DNA of 64,000 bases from a bacterium (GTDB lineage: Bacteria; Patescibacteriota; Minisyncoccia; Phycocordibacterales; UBA2100), in the NCBI GenBank assembly GCA_038128225.1, contig JAYPJF010000001.1, forward strand, positions 94,458-158,457, read 5' to 3'. The notes beneath the pieces were generated by a model, which saw nothing but the letters and a program-made list of their open reading frames with translations, was not told the origin of the DNA and searched no databases. Below, piece after piece: positions 47,700 to 56,306 of the stretch (within the stretch, counting starts at the first letter, position 1; each line of letters begins with the position of its first letter). A program made the translations under genes and the position numbers.

Positions 47700-48911
47700 T
47701 CACTCGGCCTTGCAGAAGGCGCGGTACGCTTTTGGAAACAACGGACAAATACTGTGCTCAATGTACTCCGCATCATAAAATCGATGCAATCGTTTGCCAA
47801 TATCTTCATAACATTTTTGCTCAAACTGATGCTCTACAATACTTGGGTCACTACACAAGGCAATCGGTTCGACATATTCATGTCCCGGAGGTCCGTGTTC
47901 AAATAAGCCCCACAGCAAACTCGTGACACAAATTCCTGTAAGTGCAGGTTCTGACAAAGAAAAACATTGCGGTAACTTTTCCTTATATTCATGTGATACA
48001 ACAGTCTGCTGAATAAGCCCTGCGGTTGCAACCGCAAATACCATTTCGGCATGCTCTTTGTCTCGAATTGATTGCGCGACATCCCACAATTCCTCCAAGT
48101 CGCGCCGCGCTATGCCATCGAGTTTTTGTGCATACTCGTAATAACATGCGTGCCGCCATGCCTGAGGTAACGAGTCGCAGGGCCGGAGCGGGTTATCGAT
48201 ATTGTACTCGAATCCATATTCGCCTCCCTCCGCCCAGTTGATGATGACGTTAAAAATGCCTTGTCGGCATTCTTCTTTTTCGCCCGGTTCAGCTTCAGTC
48301 AATTGTTCACATCGCGCCAGAGGCTCTTTCACAAAATACGCGAGATCACCCCATATACTTTCTGGAACCTGTTCAACGCGCGCCAGCATAAACCCGTGCC
48401 CGCTTCCATGGTAACAAATTGCTCGTATGTCCCCCATCTTGTCCTTGAGGCGCGTATTCAAACGTGTGCACACATCAGTCACGAAAGCAGGGTCTGGATT
48501 GTCCTGAATCAAGTGCTCAAGAAACCCATGAAATGCGCCGTATCCGCACGCATCAGCATCATCAGGAAATTCAAGCGCGTCTATATCGGGGTTGTTTAAA
48601 TAAACATTATAGTAGATCGTATCGCCAAGTTTGTGCGCATGCTTGTGACAGCCTGATCCGGCAAATTCATCGTAGGCGTCGTACAGATGCGCAAATGTTT
48701 TTGTCGCCGCGCTAATTCCGGCGCGCTCTACCTCTGTGTCAATGAGGCGGTACCAACATCCCATACGCTCAGATTCCGTCTGGAACTCTGATGCGCACGC
48801 GGCCGCGCGTGCATGCATACGCCACGTAGGGTACTGCATATACGCCCATCCCAAAACTCCTATTCCTGCAATAACCAGGATTCCAATACCAAGCATGCTG
48901 TTCCGTGACAT
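47700..48911 (-). CDS. Membrane-anchored Cys/His-repeat protein
   Basis: N-terminal TM; CHKHAHKLG, CGYGAFHGFLE, CYHGSGHGFM; many Cys. Confidence 0.7.
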   Translation of the reverse strand: MSRNSMLGIGILVIAGIGVLGWAYMQYPTWRMHARAAACASEFQTESERMGCWYRLIDTEVERAGISAATKTFAHLYDAYDEFAGSGCHKHAHKLGDTIYYNVYLNNPDIDALEFPDDADACGYGAFHGFLEHLIQDNPDPAFVTDVCTRLNTRLKDKMGDIRAICYHGSGHGFMLARVEQVPESIWGDLAYFVKEPLARCEQLTEAEPGEKEECRQGIFNVIINWAEGGEYGFEYNIDNPLRPCDSLPQAWRHACYYEYAQKLDGIARRDLEELWDVAQSIRDKEHAEMVFAVATAGLIQQTVVSHEYKEKLPQCFSLSEPALTGICVTSLLWGLFEHGPPGHEYVEPIALCSDPSIVEHQFEQKCYEDIGKRLHRFYDAEYIEHSICPLFPKAYRAFCKAE

Positions 48912-48962
48912 ATTCCGTGTCTTATTGCGTAACGAGTATAAGAATGCTAGCATGCGAGCGCT

Positions 48963-49205
48963 ATGGCAAGAACATGCGCAATAACGGGTAAAAAATCAAT
49001 CGTCGCAGGCGGGTATTCAAACCGAACTCGCGCCACACAGTTCAATCCTGTGGGAAAGCGTCGTCGTCGCGTGAATCTCCAGAAAAAGACGCTTTTCGTT
49101 CCAGAATTGAACCGCTCAGTTACCATCACAGTATCTGCAAAAGGTATCAAGACACTCAAGAAACGCGGAGTCTACCAAACCCTAAAAGAAGCAGGGATTG
49201 TTTAA
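48963..49205 (+). CDS. rpmB: 50S ribosomal protein L28
   Basis: MARTCAITGK...NLQKK...VSAKGIKTL. Confidence 0.93.
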   Translation: MARTCAITGKKSIVAGGYSNRTRATQFNPVGKRRRRVNLQKKTLFVPELNRSVTITVSAKGIKTLKKRGVYQTLKEAGIV

Positions 49206-49241
49206 TGTGATTTTGTTTTTAAACGAAAAGGCCTAGGGTTA

Positions 49242-49808
49242 CTAGGCCTTTTTAGGCTCTTCTTTTTTTGTATACAAGCGCCGATGTCCTTCTTGGGTAT
49301 AAACGACCCCTAACTTTTCTGAAAACTCAGGATGCGCCCACACATATCGGTTAACAGTGGAGACGGATTTCCCCAGCTCGAACGCCAATGCTTTCCGAGT
49401 GACGAGACGCCCTTCTTCTTTTATACGGACTGCGGCTCTGCGATATTGTTCACCCAGAGACTCAGCGATACTGCAGAGACGAGAGTCCTCCCCTTTGCAG
49501 TTCCGCGCGCTATATCGATACAATGCAGACAGTGAAATTTCGAGCTCATCCGCAACCGCTCGCGCAGCTATCGGCATCCCCTGCTTTTCGAGATCAGAAA
49601 TGATAGTTTCGTACCGCGCCCTCCGAGCGCGTGCGCTTGAGATAATCCCCACATACTGCCGCAAGTCCGGCCATTTGCTAAGCAGTGCCCGAAAATGTTT
49701 TGCCTGTACTTTCGCCTGCCGAGCAATATTATTGACCGTAGGGGCCAGCCCGCTAGCCCGTACCTTCACCGCGGCTCGTCGATACTTTTCAATTGTTTTG
49801 TATCGCAT
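49242..49808 (-). CDS. Basic protein with three tandem HTH-like repeats
   Basis: YRRAAV...G...T...IA, AVADELEISLSALYRY, LAFELGKSVSTVNRY; SD AAGGAGG. Confidence 0.7.
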   Translation of the reverse strand: MRYKTIEKYRRAAVKVRASGLAPTVNNIARQAKVQAKHFRALLSKWPDLRQYVGIISSARARRARYETIISDLEKQGMPIAARAVADELEISLSALYRYSARNCKGEDSRLCSIAESLGEQYRRAAVRIKEEGRLVTRKALAFELGKSVSTVNRYVWAHPEFSEKLGVVYTQEGHRRLYTKKEEPKKA

Positions 49809-49914
49809 CAGGCCTCCTCCTTTTTTCTAACTTGAGACTACGCAAGTACTTCCCCAGAGTCAATTGGTCGATCAACACTCCGCCGATCCCACCGCACACT
49901 GATTTACATAATAA

Positions 49915-50757
49915 TCATCGAACAAATACGCTTCTTCCATCAGATGTAAACGTGACCGTTCCATCGACACAAGTATCTTTTATCTCAACTTCGAAACGCT
50001 TAAACACATCGAGTACTTCTTGATGGGGATGTCCGTATCGATTGTCACACCCCCGAGAAACAACCGCGTAGCGCGGAGCAACAAACCCCACGAACAGAGG
50101 CGCCGTGGATGTATGTGAGCCATGATGCCCAGCCTTGAGAACATCACTCTGGAGCGTTTCGCCATCAAGAGCGGCAAGATATTCTTCGACCGAACGCGGC
50201 GCGTCTCCTGTAAATAAAAAAGATACTTCCCCATACACAAGGCGCGCAACTACTGAAGCCGTGTTGGTTTCAAGATCACTCACGTCCCGATCGGGGAAAA
50301 GAATTTCGAGATGCGCTTCTCCGAGATCAATCACCTGCCCGCGTCGCGCAAGCATATAATGCGCGCCTTCAGTCGCGACACTTGCAAGCATCGATTCTGT
50401 TTGCGGCGTTTCGTGTTGTACCCCGGGCTCTAGGATATATGAAACATCATACCGTTTTAATACATCAACGAGCCCACTTACATGGTCCGCGTCTGGATGC
50501 GTTGCGATTACCACATCAATAGTTCGATCGTACCAAGGCATCACCACAGCAAGTTCGCGCAGCACCGAACGATCAGGGCCGCCGTCAATGAGTACCTGCG
50601 CCCCAGTGGGAGATTGAATAAATATGGCGTCCCCTTGTCCTACATCAAGAAACGAAACAATAAGCTCGTTCTGAGAATGCGAGAATTGCGGCGCCCAAAT
50701 ACCAGCCACGCACAAACACAAAAGCGCCGCCGCACCAATCGCAATCTTCGCGCGCAT
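49915..50757 (-). CDS. ComEC/Rec2 metallo-beta-lactamase domain protein (stand-alone)
   Basis: FLDVGQGDA, THPDADH, LFTGD, KAGHHGS, NRYGHP. Confidence 0.9.
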   Translation of the reverse strand: MRAKIAIGAAALLCLCVAGIWAPQFSHSQNELIVSFLDVGQGDAIFIQSPTGAQVLIDGGPDRSVLRELAVVMPWYDRTIDVVIATHPDADHVSGLVDVLKRYDVSYILEPGVQHETPQTESMLASVATEGAHYMLARRGQVIDLGEAHLEILFPDRDVSDLETNTASVVARLVYGEVSFLFTGDAPRSVEEYLAALDGETLQSDVLKAGHHGSHTSTAPLFVGFVAPRYAVVSRGCDNRYGHPHQEVLDVFKRFEVEIKDTCVDGTVTFTSDGRSVFVR

Positions 50758-50762
50758 ACCGT

Positions 50763-50782
50763 AGTATATCGCGTGATATACT
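50763..50782. promoter_or_regulatory. Palindromic back-to-back -10 boxes for two divergent leaderless genes
   Basis: AGTATATC-GCGT-GATATACT gives TATACT on each strand, 5-6 nt before each ATG. Confidence 0.7.
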
Positions 50783-50788
50783 CGTTCC

Positions 50789-51403
50789 ATGCACCAGTAC
50801 GAAGCTAAAACGTTTTCAATTCCTGAGCTTACCGGCATTTCCCAAAAACAAATCGACGTGCACCTTGGGCTGTATCAGGGGTATGTGAAAAACATTAACC
50901 TCTTGCGTGAGCAAATCGCCGACCTTACAAAACAAGATGCTGAAAAATACACATTCGCTATTGAAAGCATTCGCCGACGCATGGGGTTTGAGTTTAACGG
51001 CATGCGCATGCACGAATTTTACTTTCCCCAACTCGAAGGGGGGCCGCGCGCATTCGATCTTGATTCCCCACTCGCAACTGCACTCTCAGAAAAGTACGGC
51101 GATTGGAACGCGTGCATCAGTCATCTCAAAAAAGTGGCTCTGAGTCGTGGGAGCGGTTGGTGTTCACTCGTGTGGGACGCTGCCGCACAAACACCTCATG
51201 TGTATTGGACCACCGATCACGAACTCGGTTCGCTTGTTGACGTGAATATCCTTTTTGCGCTCGACATGTGGGAACATGCATACATGGTTGACTATCTCCC
51301 CGCAGAAAAAGCTACACACGTTGATGCGTACCTCGCGAATGTGAACTGGGAAATTGTTGCGCGCCGATTCCCAAAAGAAACATACACGCGTACACAACAA
51401 TAA
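50789..51403 (+). CDS. sod: Fe/Mn superoxide dismutase
   Basis: VHLGLY, MHEFYF, GSGW, LDMWEHAY. Confidence 0.92.
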   Translation: MHQYEAKTFSIPELTGISQKQIDVHLGLYQGYVKNINLLREQIADLTKQDAEKYTFAIESIRRRMGFEFNGMRMHEFYFPQLEGGPRAFDLDSPLATALSEKYGDWNACISHLKKVALSRGSGWCSLVWDAAAQTPHVYWTTDHELGSLVDVNILFALDMWEHAYMVDYLPAEKATHVDAYLANVNWEIVARRFPKETYTRTQQ

Positions 51404-52805
51404 CCCACCAAAATGGAAAAGCAGGGACAGTGATCGCCGCATACGGAAGATGCGCAAAAAACTCCACTACTGAAAGTACGTACGCCAGTACTGTGTACGC
51501 CGGGAACCCCGCGACGACTGCCACAATGCCGCTAAAGAAAATCCCAACGATGCCGCCCAGTATTGAGGCAATCATCGCCACAGGAATCACAGGAAGCACA
51601 AGAATATTTGTAGCCAGCGACACTAAAGATAGCGTTCCCATCTGATACAAAATAAGTGGCAATACAAACAATTGAACCCCCACCGTTGCCGCCACAACCT
51701 CGCGCAGTCCGATTCTCCTTGTGACAAATTGAATTCTACGCTCAACAAGAGGCGCGACGTGAATAAGACCGAATGTCGCCAACACTGAAAGCTGAAAACT
51801 CGGATCATGCAGCACAATCCGCGGGTTGACGAACGCCATCATCGCCGCAACGAAAATAAGTGCCCGAGTAATTGCGTATTTTCTCTCAACCATCGTGGCA
51901 AAAAGCGCTATCACGGCCATCGCTCCCGCGCGCACTCCAGTTGCCGAACCACCGGTCATTGCCACAAAAGCAGCGACAATGATTGCTCCCGTCACAAAGC
52001 GCATACGGATGCCAAAACCAGAAATGAGCGCCAGTACCGCCACCGTAATGAGCGTGATGTTGTACCCCGAAAGCACAACGATATGGGTGAGCCCTGTTAT
52101 TTGAAACTGATCCGAAAGAGTATTCCCCAACGCGCGCTTGTCTCCCACGGTTATTCCTCCCGCAAGCGCCGCATACGGCTCAGAGAGGGCACGCGCGAGA
52201 CCATCGAGATACTTTTGCTTGCCAGCATAAAGCCACCCGCGGATGCCACCCCGCGCATTAGTGTCCACGACTAGTACCTCGGCAAACGAGAGTACGTACC
52301 CGACACCATCTTTGGCAAGATACCCCGGGTAATCAAAAAGTCTTCCGTTCTCGCCCCCGAAAGATTCAGGATACAAGAAAGTGCCCCGCACGCTGATATG
52401 GTCCCCATATGACACTTCGTACAAGCGAGACATGACGACCAGTGCACGCCCAGAGACCTCAACACCTTCTACGACATCAAAACACAGTGTCAGTCTCTCA
52501 CCACTTTCTCTTGTGTCCGGTTCTTGGCATACCGTACCGGAAAGCGTTGCTACTTTTCCAATGTACGGAGAAAGTATCTCGCTGTGTACGGGAGAAACAA
52601 GAGCTGCGCGCCCCACGCCACACGAAAGGAAAACCAGCGCGGTAAAGAAAAGCACGCCCGTTGACTTTTCAGCCGAAAAAAACGCGGCTATGAAAACAAT
52701 GCATGCAAGTAATGCGAGCCACAACGCCGCCACAAGCCCAAACCCATACTCAGCTAAGATGATGCCTATAAAAAAGAAACAACACGATATCCAAAAAAGA
52801 GGCAT
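51312..52805 (-). CDS. comEC: ComEC competence channel (OB-like and Competence domains)
   Basis: FDYPGYL, GLTHIVVLSGYN, GVRAGAM, SFQLS; multi-TM. Confidence 0.92.
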   Translation of the reverse strand: MPLFWISCCFFFIGIILAEYGFGLVAALWLALLACIVFIAAFFSAEKSTGVLFFTALVFLSCGVGRAALVSPVHSEILSPYIGKVATLSGTVCQEPDTRESGERLTLCFDVVEGVEVSGRALVVMSRLYEVSYGDHISVRGTFLYPESFGGENGRLFDYPGYLAKDGVGYVLSFAEVLVVDTNARGGIRGWLYAGKQKYLDGLARALSEPYAALAGGITVGDKRALGNTLSDQFQITGLTHIVVLSGYNITLITVAVLALISGFGIRMRFVTGAIIVAAFVAMTGGSATGVRAGAMAVIALFATMVERKYAITRALIFVAAMMAFVNPRIVLHDPSFQLSVLATFGLIHVAPLVERRIQFVTRRIGLREVVAATVGVQLFVLPLILYQMGTLSLVSLATNILVLPVIPVAMIASILGGIVGIFFSGIVAVVAGFPAYTVLAYVLSVVEFFAHLPYAAITVPAFPFWWVIVVYACMFLLGIGAQQFPSSHSRGTHQRV

Positions 52806-52827
52806 GCTCTAAGCCTATCAAATAAGT

Positions 52828-52852
52828 ACCGGCGGGTGTGACACCCGCCGGT
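52828..52852 (-). terminator. Hairpin downstream of the 47-aa peptide gene
   Basis: ACCGGCGGGTGT-G-ACACCCGCCGGT palindrome, followed by ACTTATTT on the minus strand. Confidence 0.65.
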
Positions 52853-52875
52853 TGCGCTTGTGGTCGTGAGCCGAG

Positions 52876-53019
52876 CTAGCCGTCGACGTACTCGATCCGC
52901 CGCGGATCGTCGCCGGGGAGCCGGTCGCTCTCGCCGCGACTGAGACCCGTGTCCGGCGCGCCGAGACCGCGTTCCTTCACGTCGGCGATGGCCGCTTGTG
53001 CGTCGCTCATCCTGGTCAT
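52876..53019 (-). CDS. Unannotated 47-aa peptide MTRMSDAQAAIADVKERGLGAPDTGLSRGESDRLPGDDPRRIEYVDG; candidate modifier or substrate of the adjacent E1/E2-like enzymes
   Basis: SD AAGGAGG 6 nt before ATG; strong G/C bias at third codon positions; own promoter TTGACA-16-TACATT (53112-53085); downstream hairpin; below the ORF-track size cutoff. Confidence 0.7.
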   Translation of the reverse strand: MTRMSDAQAAIADVKERGLGAPDTGLSRGESDRLPGDDPRRIEYVDG

Positions 53020-53084
53020 AGTGACCCTCCTTCTATGCTCGCTCCACGATCAAAAACCAGCCGCGAGCGTACTGGTATCTCAGT

Positions 53085-53121
53085 AATGTAGAAAAATCGG
53101 CCGACCTGTCAAGGTCGGCCG
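53085..53121 (-). promoter_or_regulatory. Terminator of the ThiF gene with the -35 of the peptide promoter across its loop
   Basis: CGGCCGACC-TTGACA-GGTCGGCCG-ATTTTTC-TACATT on the minus strand. Confidence 0.6.
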
Positions 53122-53128
53122 GCTTCGA

Positions 53129-53809
53129 TTACTGGTCCCACACTTCAAAAACTTCACGCTCAGGCGGTGTGTAGGACCATGCCCGACAGTTTACATACGG
53201 TTCCTGCGAGCCACGTTCAAACATCAGCCACAGCGTCATACGCCACATCATTTCCACTACCACGCGGTCTGAGTTTTCCGGAAGCGGAAACTCGGTCTTG
53301 CACCCCTGAAGCAAGTCTACGGGGTCTGGATGGCGGTGATGATACTGCGGGTTCTCATATTTCTCACAGTGCCAGATGTTGTTGGGATCGAGCCCGTAGG
53401 CTTTCCCCCCGTCAAGTCCAACACGCCCGTCACCAAAGAAAGTCACACCCGGATTCTCGCGCACGCAGGGCCAAACATCTTCGTACCGTGCATAGTTAGA
53501 ATCAACCGCCGAAAAAACGATCCCCCGCAGAGAAGTGCCTCGAGTAAGGCGTCCACGATGCGGTATCACGCGCACATCGGGTCGGATCGCCCGAGCAATG
53601 TCAACAAGCGCGGTAACTTTCAGTTTCCCAACGTATTCTGAAAAATACGCCTGGTTGAACAAGTTTCTTCCCTCAAGAAAATCGTCGTCCCACACATGAA
53701 TCTCTGGCACGCCTTTGCGCACCAGGTTTTGACAGAGCTTACTCCCTAGTGACCCGGCTCCAATTATGTGCACCGGGCGACCGTTTAGCATGTCTGGTGT
53801 GAAAATCAC
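53129..53809 (-). CDS. ThiF/MoeB/E1-family adenylyltransferase
   Basis: IIGAGSLGS, WDDD...RNLFNQ, KV.AL, AVDSNYAR, DGR; candidate catalytic Cys in LQGCKT; SD AAGGAG. Confidence 0.88.
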   Translation of the reverse strand: MIFTPDMLNGRPVHIIGAGSLGSKLCQNLVRKGVPEIHVWDDDFLEGRNLFNQAYFSEYVGKLKVTALVDIARAIRPDVRVIPHRGRLTRGTSLRGIVFSAVDSNYARYEDVWPCVRENPGVTFFGDGRVGLDGGKAYGLDPNNIWHCEKYENPQYHHRHPDPVDLLQGCKTEFPLPENSDRVVVEMMWRMTLWLMFERGSQEPYVNCRAWSYTPPEREVFEVWDQ

Positions 53810-53855
53810 AGGACGTACTCCTTCATTTGCCCGCCACTACCATACGCGTAAATAC

Positions 53856-53885
53856 AAAAAAAGGAAGAGCGCTTGCGCGCTCTTC
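53856..53885 (-). terminator. Terminator after the E2-like gene
   Basis: GAAGAGCGC-GCAA-GCGCTCTTC-CTTTTTTT on the minus strand. Confidence 0.7.
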
Positions 53886-54621
53886 ACCAAAATTTCGGCC
53901 ACTTCTTTTGAGGAAATGTCTCTCGGTACCACTGTGGGACTTCGCTTCTCTTTACCGTCGGCCACAGCATCATCCGTTGCGGGTCTTGCCCCGCACATTC
54001 AGCGTAACGGACGACTATACTTGCAAGTCGTTCGTATTCATACGTGCGAAACGCGCTCTGAATAGGGTCTCGAGCAGTACCAAGACAACTAGCGTGTCCA
54101 TTCGAGTGTATGCCTGTAGGCGCATGCATTGTGTCCTTTGTGCCAGTTAAATTGTTCCAGCGCACCTCGTCGCGATCAAGCTTAAGCCATATGAGGAACT
54201 GTCCGATTCTGTGCCAGGTCATACATGGCCTCGACCATGGGAAGAGGCCTGTCCTGTAAAACTGTCCGTACAAACATTCCGTTTCAATGCAAATAGCATT
54301 TTCCTCAACAAACACTCTTTTCACTCGTGGGACAGCACACATTTTTCGATACTGCGCGCGCAACTCTTCATAGCTCGGGAGCTTCCAAGCAGGCGCCCGT
54401 TTGACTGTCTCGATCTTTCCCTCAAGTTGGCGAACTACATTTTGGAGGGCCCCTATGCTCTTTATATCCTGACTGTCTATGCGAGGCGTGCGCTCAATCG
54501 CATGCCGCGTTTTGACTAGTTTTTTTTCATGACCGCGCAACTCTGCCTCGAGTATCTCCCTAGCTTGCTTTCGCCTGCGATACAGAAAGGTGACAAAGTC
54601 ATTTTCTTCCTTCCTAATCAT
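53884..54621 (-). CDS. Coiled-coil plus putative prokaryotic E2 (UBC-fold) domain protein
   Basis: HAPTGIHSNGHASCLG resembles the E2 HP(N/H)h..xG.hCLG active-site motif, with beta strands before and helices after; SD AAGGAGG; promoter TTGACA-17-TATACC. Confidence 0.55.
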   Translation of the reverse strand: MIRKEENDFVTFLYRRRKQAREILEAELRGHEKKLVKTRHAIERTPRIDSQDIKSIGALQNVVRQLEGKIETVKRAPAWKLPSYEELRAQYRKMCAVPRVKRVFVEENAICIETECLYGQFYRTGLFPWSRPCMTWHRIGQFLIWLKLDRDEVRWNNLTGTKDTMHAPTGIHSNGHASCLGTARDPIQSAFRTYEYERLASIVVRYAECAGQDPQRMMLWPTVKRSEVPQWYRETFPQKKWPKFW

Positions 54622-54692
54622 TTCACAGCCTCCTTTTCCTATGCTCTGTAAGAGGGTATACGCGCGCACTCAAGTTTTGTCAATTCGCCTTG

Positions 54693-55013
54693 TTACGCTT
54701 TTTTCGCATCAACTTTGTCGAGCCCAAGACCTTTGACAATAAAATACACTACCGCTGCGATAATGATGAAATCAATAGTAACAGCCACAAAATCCCCCAA
54801 AAGAACCGGTCCGAGCTTCATCGCCTTAAGACCTTCAGTTGAACCAAGCACATACCCCAAAAGCGGATTGACAATATCATTGACCAACCCAGAGACGACT
54901 TTTGAAACGGCCCCTCCAAGGATAAAACCGACCGCAAGACCAACCACTCCCTGCTCGCGGATAAACTGAAGAAAACCGGCAAGCCCTCCTTTTACTGCTC
55001 CTGTAGGATTCAT
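54693..55013 (-). CDS. mscL: Large-conductance mechanosensitive channel (short MscL)
   Basis: GVVGLAVGFILGGA...LVNDIVNP...GDF...IDFIIIA. Confidence 0.88.
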   Translation of the reverse strand: MNPTGAVKGGLAGFLQFIREQGVVGLAVGFILGGAVSKVVSGLVNDIVNPLLGYVLGSTEGLKAMKLGPVLLGDFVAVTIDFIIIAAVVYFIVKGLGLDKVDAKKA

Positions 55014-55113
55014 AAAACACTTATTTAGTATTAATGCCGGCGCCTATTATCCCACCTCTATATAAAAAGAAAACAGGCGGGTCCGAAGACCCGCCTGCAA
55101 TTTCACGTAGCTG

Positions 55114-56154
55114 CTACTTGTTCGCAGCCGCCGTCACGCCTGGCTCCTGCTTGTTGAGTTCGCGCATGAGGTCGCCGAGCATCAACGGAAGCCCGTTGCC
55201 GGGATTACCGATGATGACGACTTTGGCGTTCCCCGACTTCGCGAGCTCCTCGGTCGCCTCGATACCCTTCCACACGAGAAGGTTCTCGTCGATTCCTTGG
55301 CTCACCTTTGTCTGGAAGACGGCGATGCCGTCCGCCTCGATCGATTTGCGTTCCGCCTCCATTTTCGCTTTCTGGATGACGAACACCATGCGCTCCGCCT
55401 CCTGCTCTGCTTCCTTCTTTGCAGTAATGGCGGCAATCAGGCGCTCCGGCGGCGTGATGCGCTTCACCAGCACCTGCTGGATCAGAATGCCGACGCGCTT
55501 TCCACTCGGGTCTTGCTGGGCGACGAGTCCCTGAACGATCTCGGAGAGCTTTTGCTGCATCTTCTTCTCGGCCGCTTCCCTGCTTGAATACAGGTCACGG
55601 AACGAGTACGAGCTGCCGACATCGCGCGCGATCGCGTGCACGGGGCTCCGAACGAGCTTTTCCGTGTAGTCGTCGCCGAACTTCGTGTACACGAAGCTCG
55701 CATCATCAGACACGAGCGAGTAAAGGATCGTCAGATCCACATTCACGCTCAGGTCGTCCTTCGTGATGATGTTGACGGGACCACCGCCAACCTGTGTCAT
55801 CTCGTCGCTCGGTCCGTGCGGGCCGGCGATAGCGTACGATTCCGTCCTCACACTCATGTGATTGACAGAGGTGAGCGGATTGACGATGCGCAGACCATTC
55901 GGAAGCGGTTCGCCAGTGCTGCCGAAGAAAATTGGCACACCAACATACCCTGGACTCACGATCACGAACACCTGAAGCAGGGTCACGACGACGAGCGCCA
56001 AGGCGGCGGCGCCGGCAGCAAGCCCGGGAACTAACGGTGGAACGCCGTTATACGAGCTTCCTTCCGCGTTACGTGCACTTAGCGTGGAACGGTAGAATCG
56101 TACCCCTACGAAAATAATCGTAAGAAGCACGATGGTGGAGACTACAAAGCCCAT
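55114..56154 (-). CDS. SPFH/prohibitin domain membrane protein
   Basis: Two TM segments, VSPGYVGV, TKDDLSV, AITAKKEAEQEAER coiled coil; SD AAGGAG; GC-rich codons; hairpin at 55069-55097. Confidence 0.88.
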   Translation of the reverse strand: MGFVVSTIVLLTIIFVGVRFYRSTLSARNAEGSSYNGVPPLVPGLAAGAAALALVVVTLLQVFVIVSPGYVGVPIFFGSTGEPLPNGLRIVNPLTSVNHMSVRTESYAIAGPHGPSDEMTQVGGGPVNIITKDDLSVNVDLTILYSLVSDDASFVYTKFGDDYTEKLVRSPVHAIARDVGSSYSFRDLYSSREAAEKKMQQKLSEIVQGLVAQQDPSGKRVGILIQQVLVKRITPPERLIAAITAKKEAEQEAERMVFVIQKAKMEAERKSIEADGIAVFQTKVSQGIDENLLVWKGIEATEELAKSGNAKVVIIGNPGNGLPLMLGDLMRELNKQEPGVTAAANK

Positions 56155-56306
56155 AGAGCTTTCTCCTTTGTAGTTTTCGACGAGCATCCGGACCATTCCG
56201 GAAACCGGAAGAACTATGCTTATTATTTTTAATTATGTCAAGTAATTTGTTCCGTAGCGCATTATATTCTTGTGCCTGGTCGGCGAGAGTTACACACAAT
56301 GCTTAG

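Noticed and set aside
52876-53809. Microcin C-type (MccA/MccB) system, or thiamine/molybdopterin ThiS-ThiF pair
   Set aside because: The peptide ends in Gly, not Asn, and no exporter is adjacent; it is not a GG-ending beta-grasp ThiS/MoaD and no thi or moa genes are in the window
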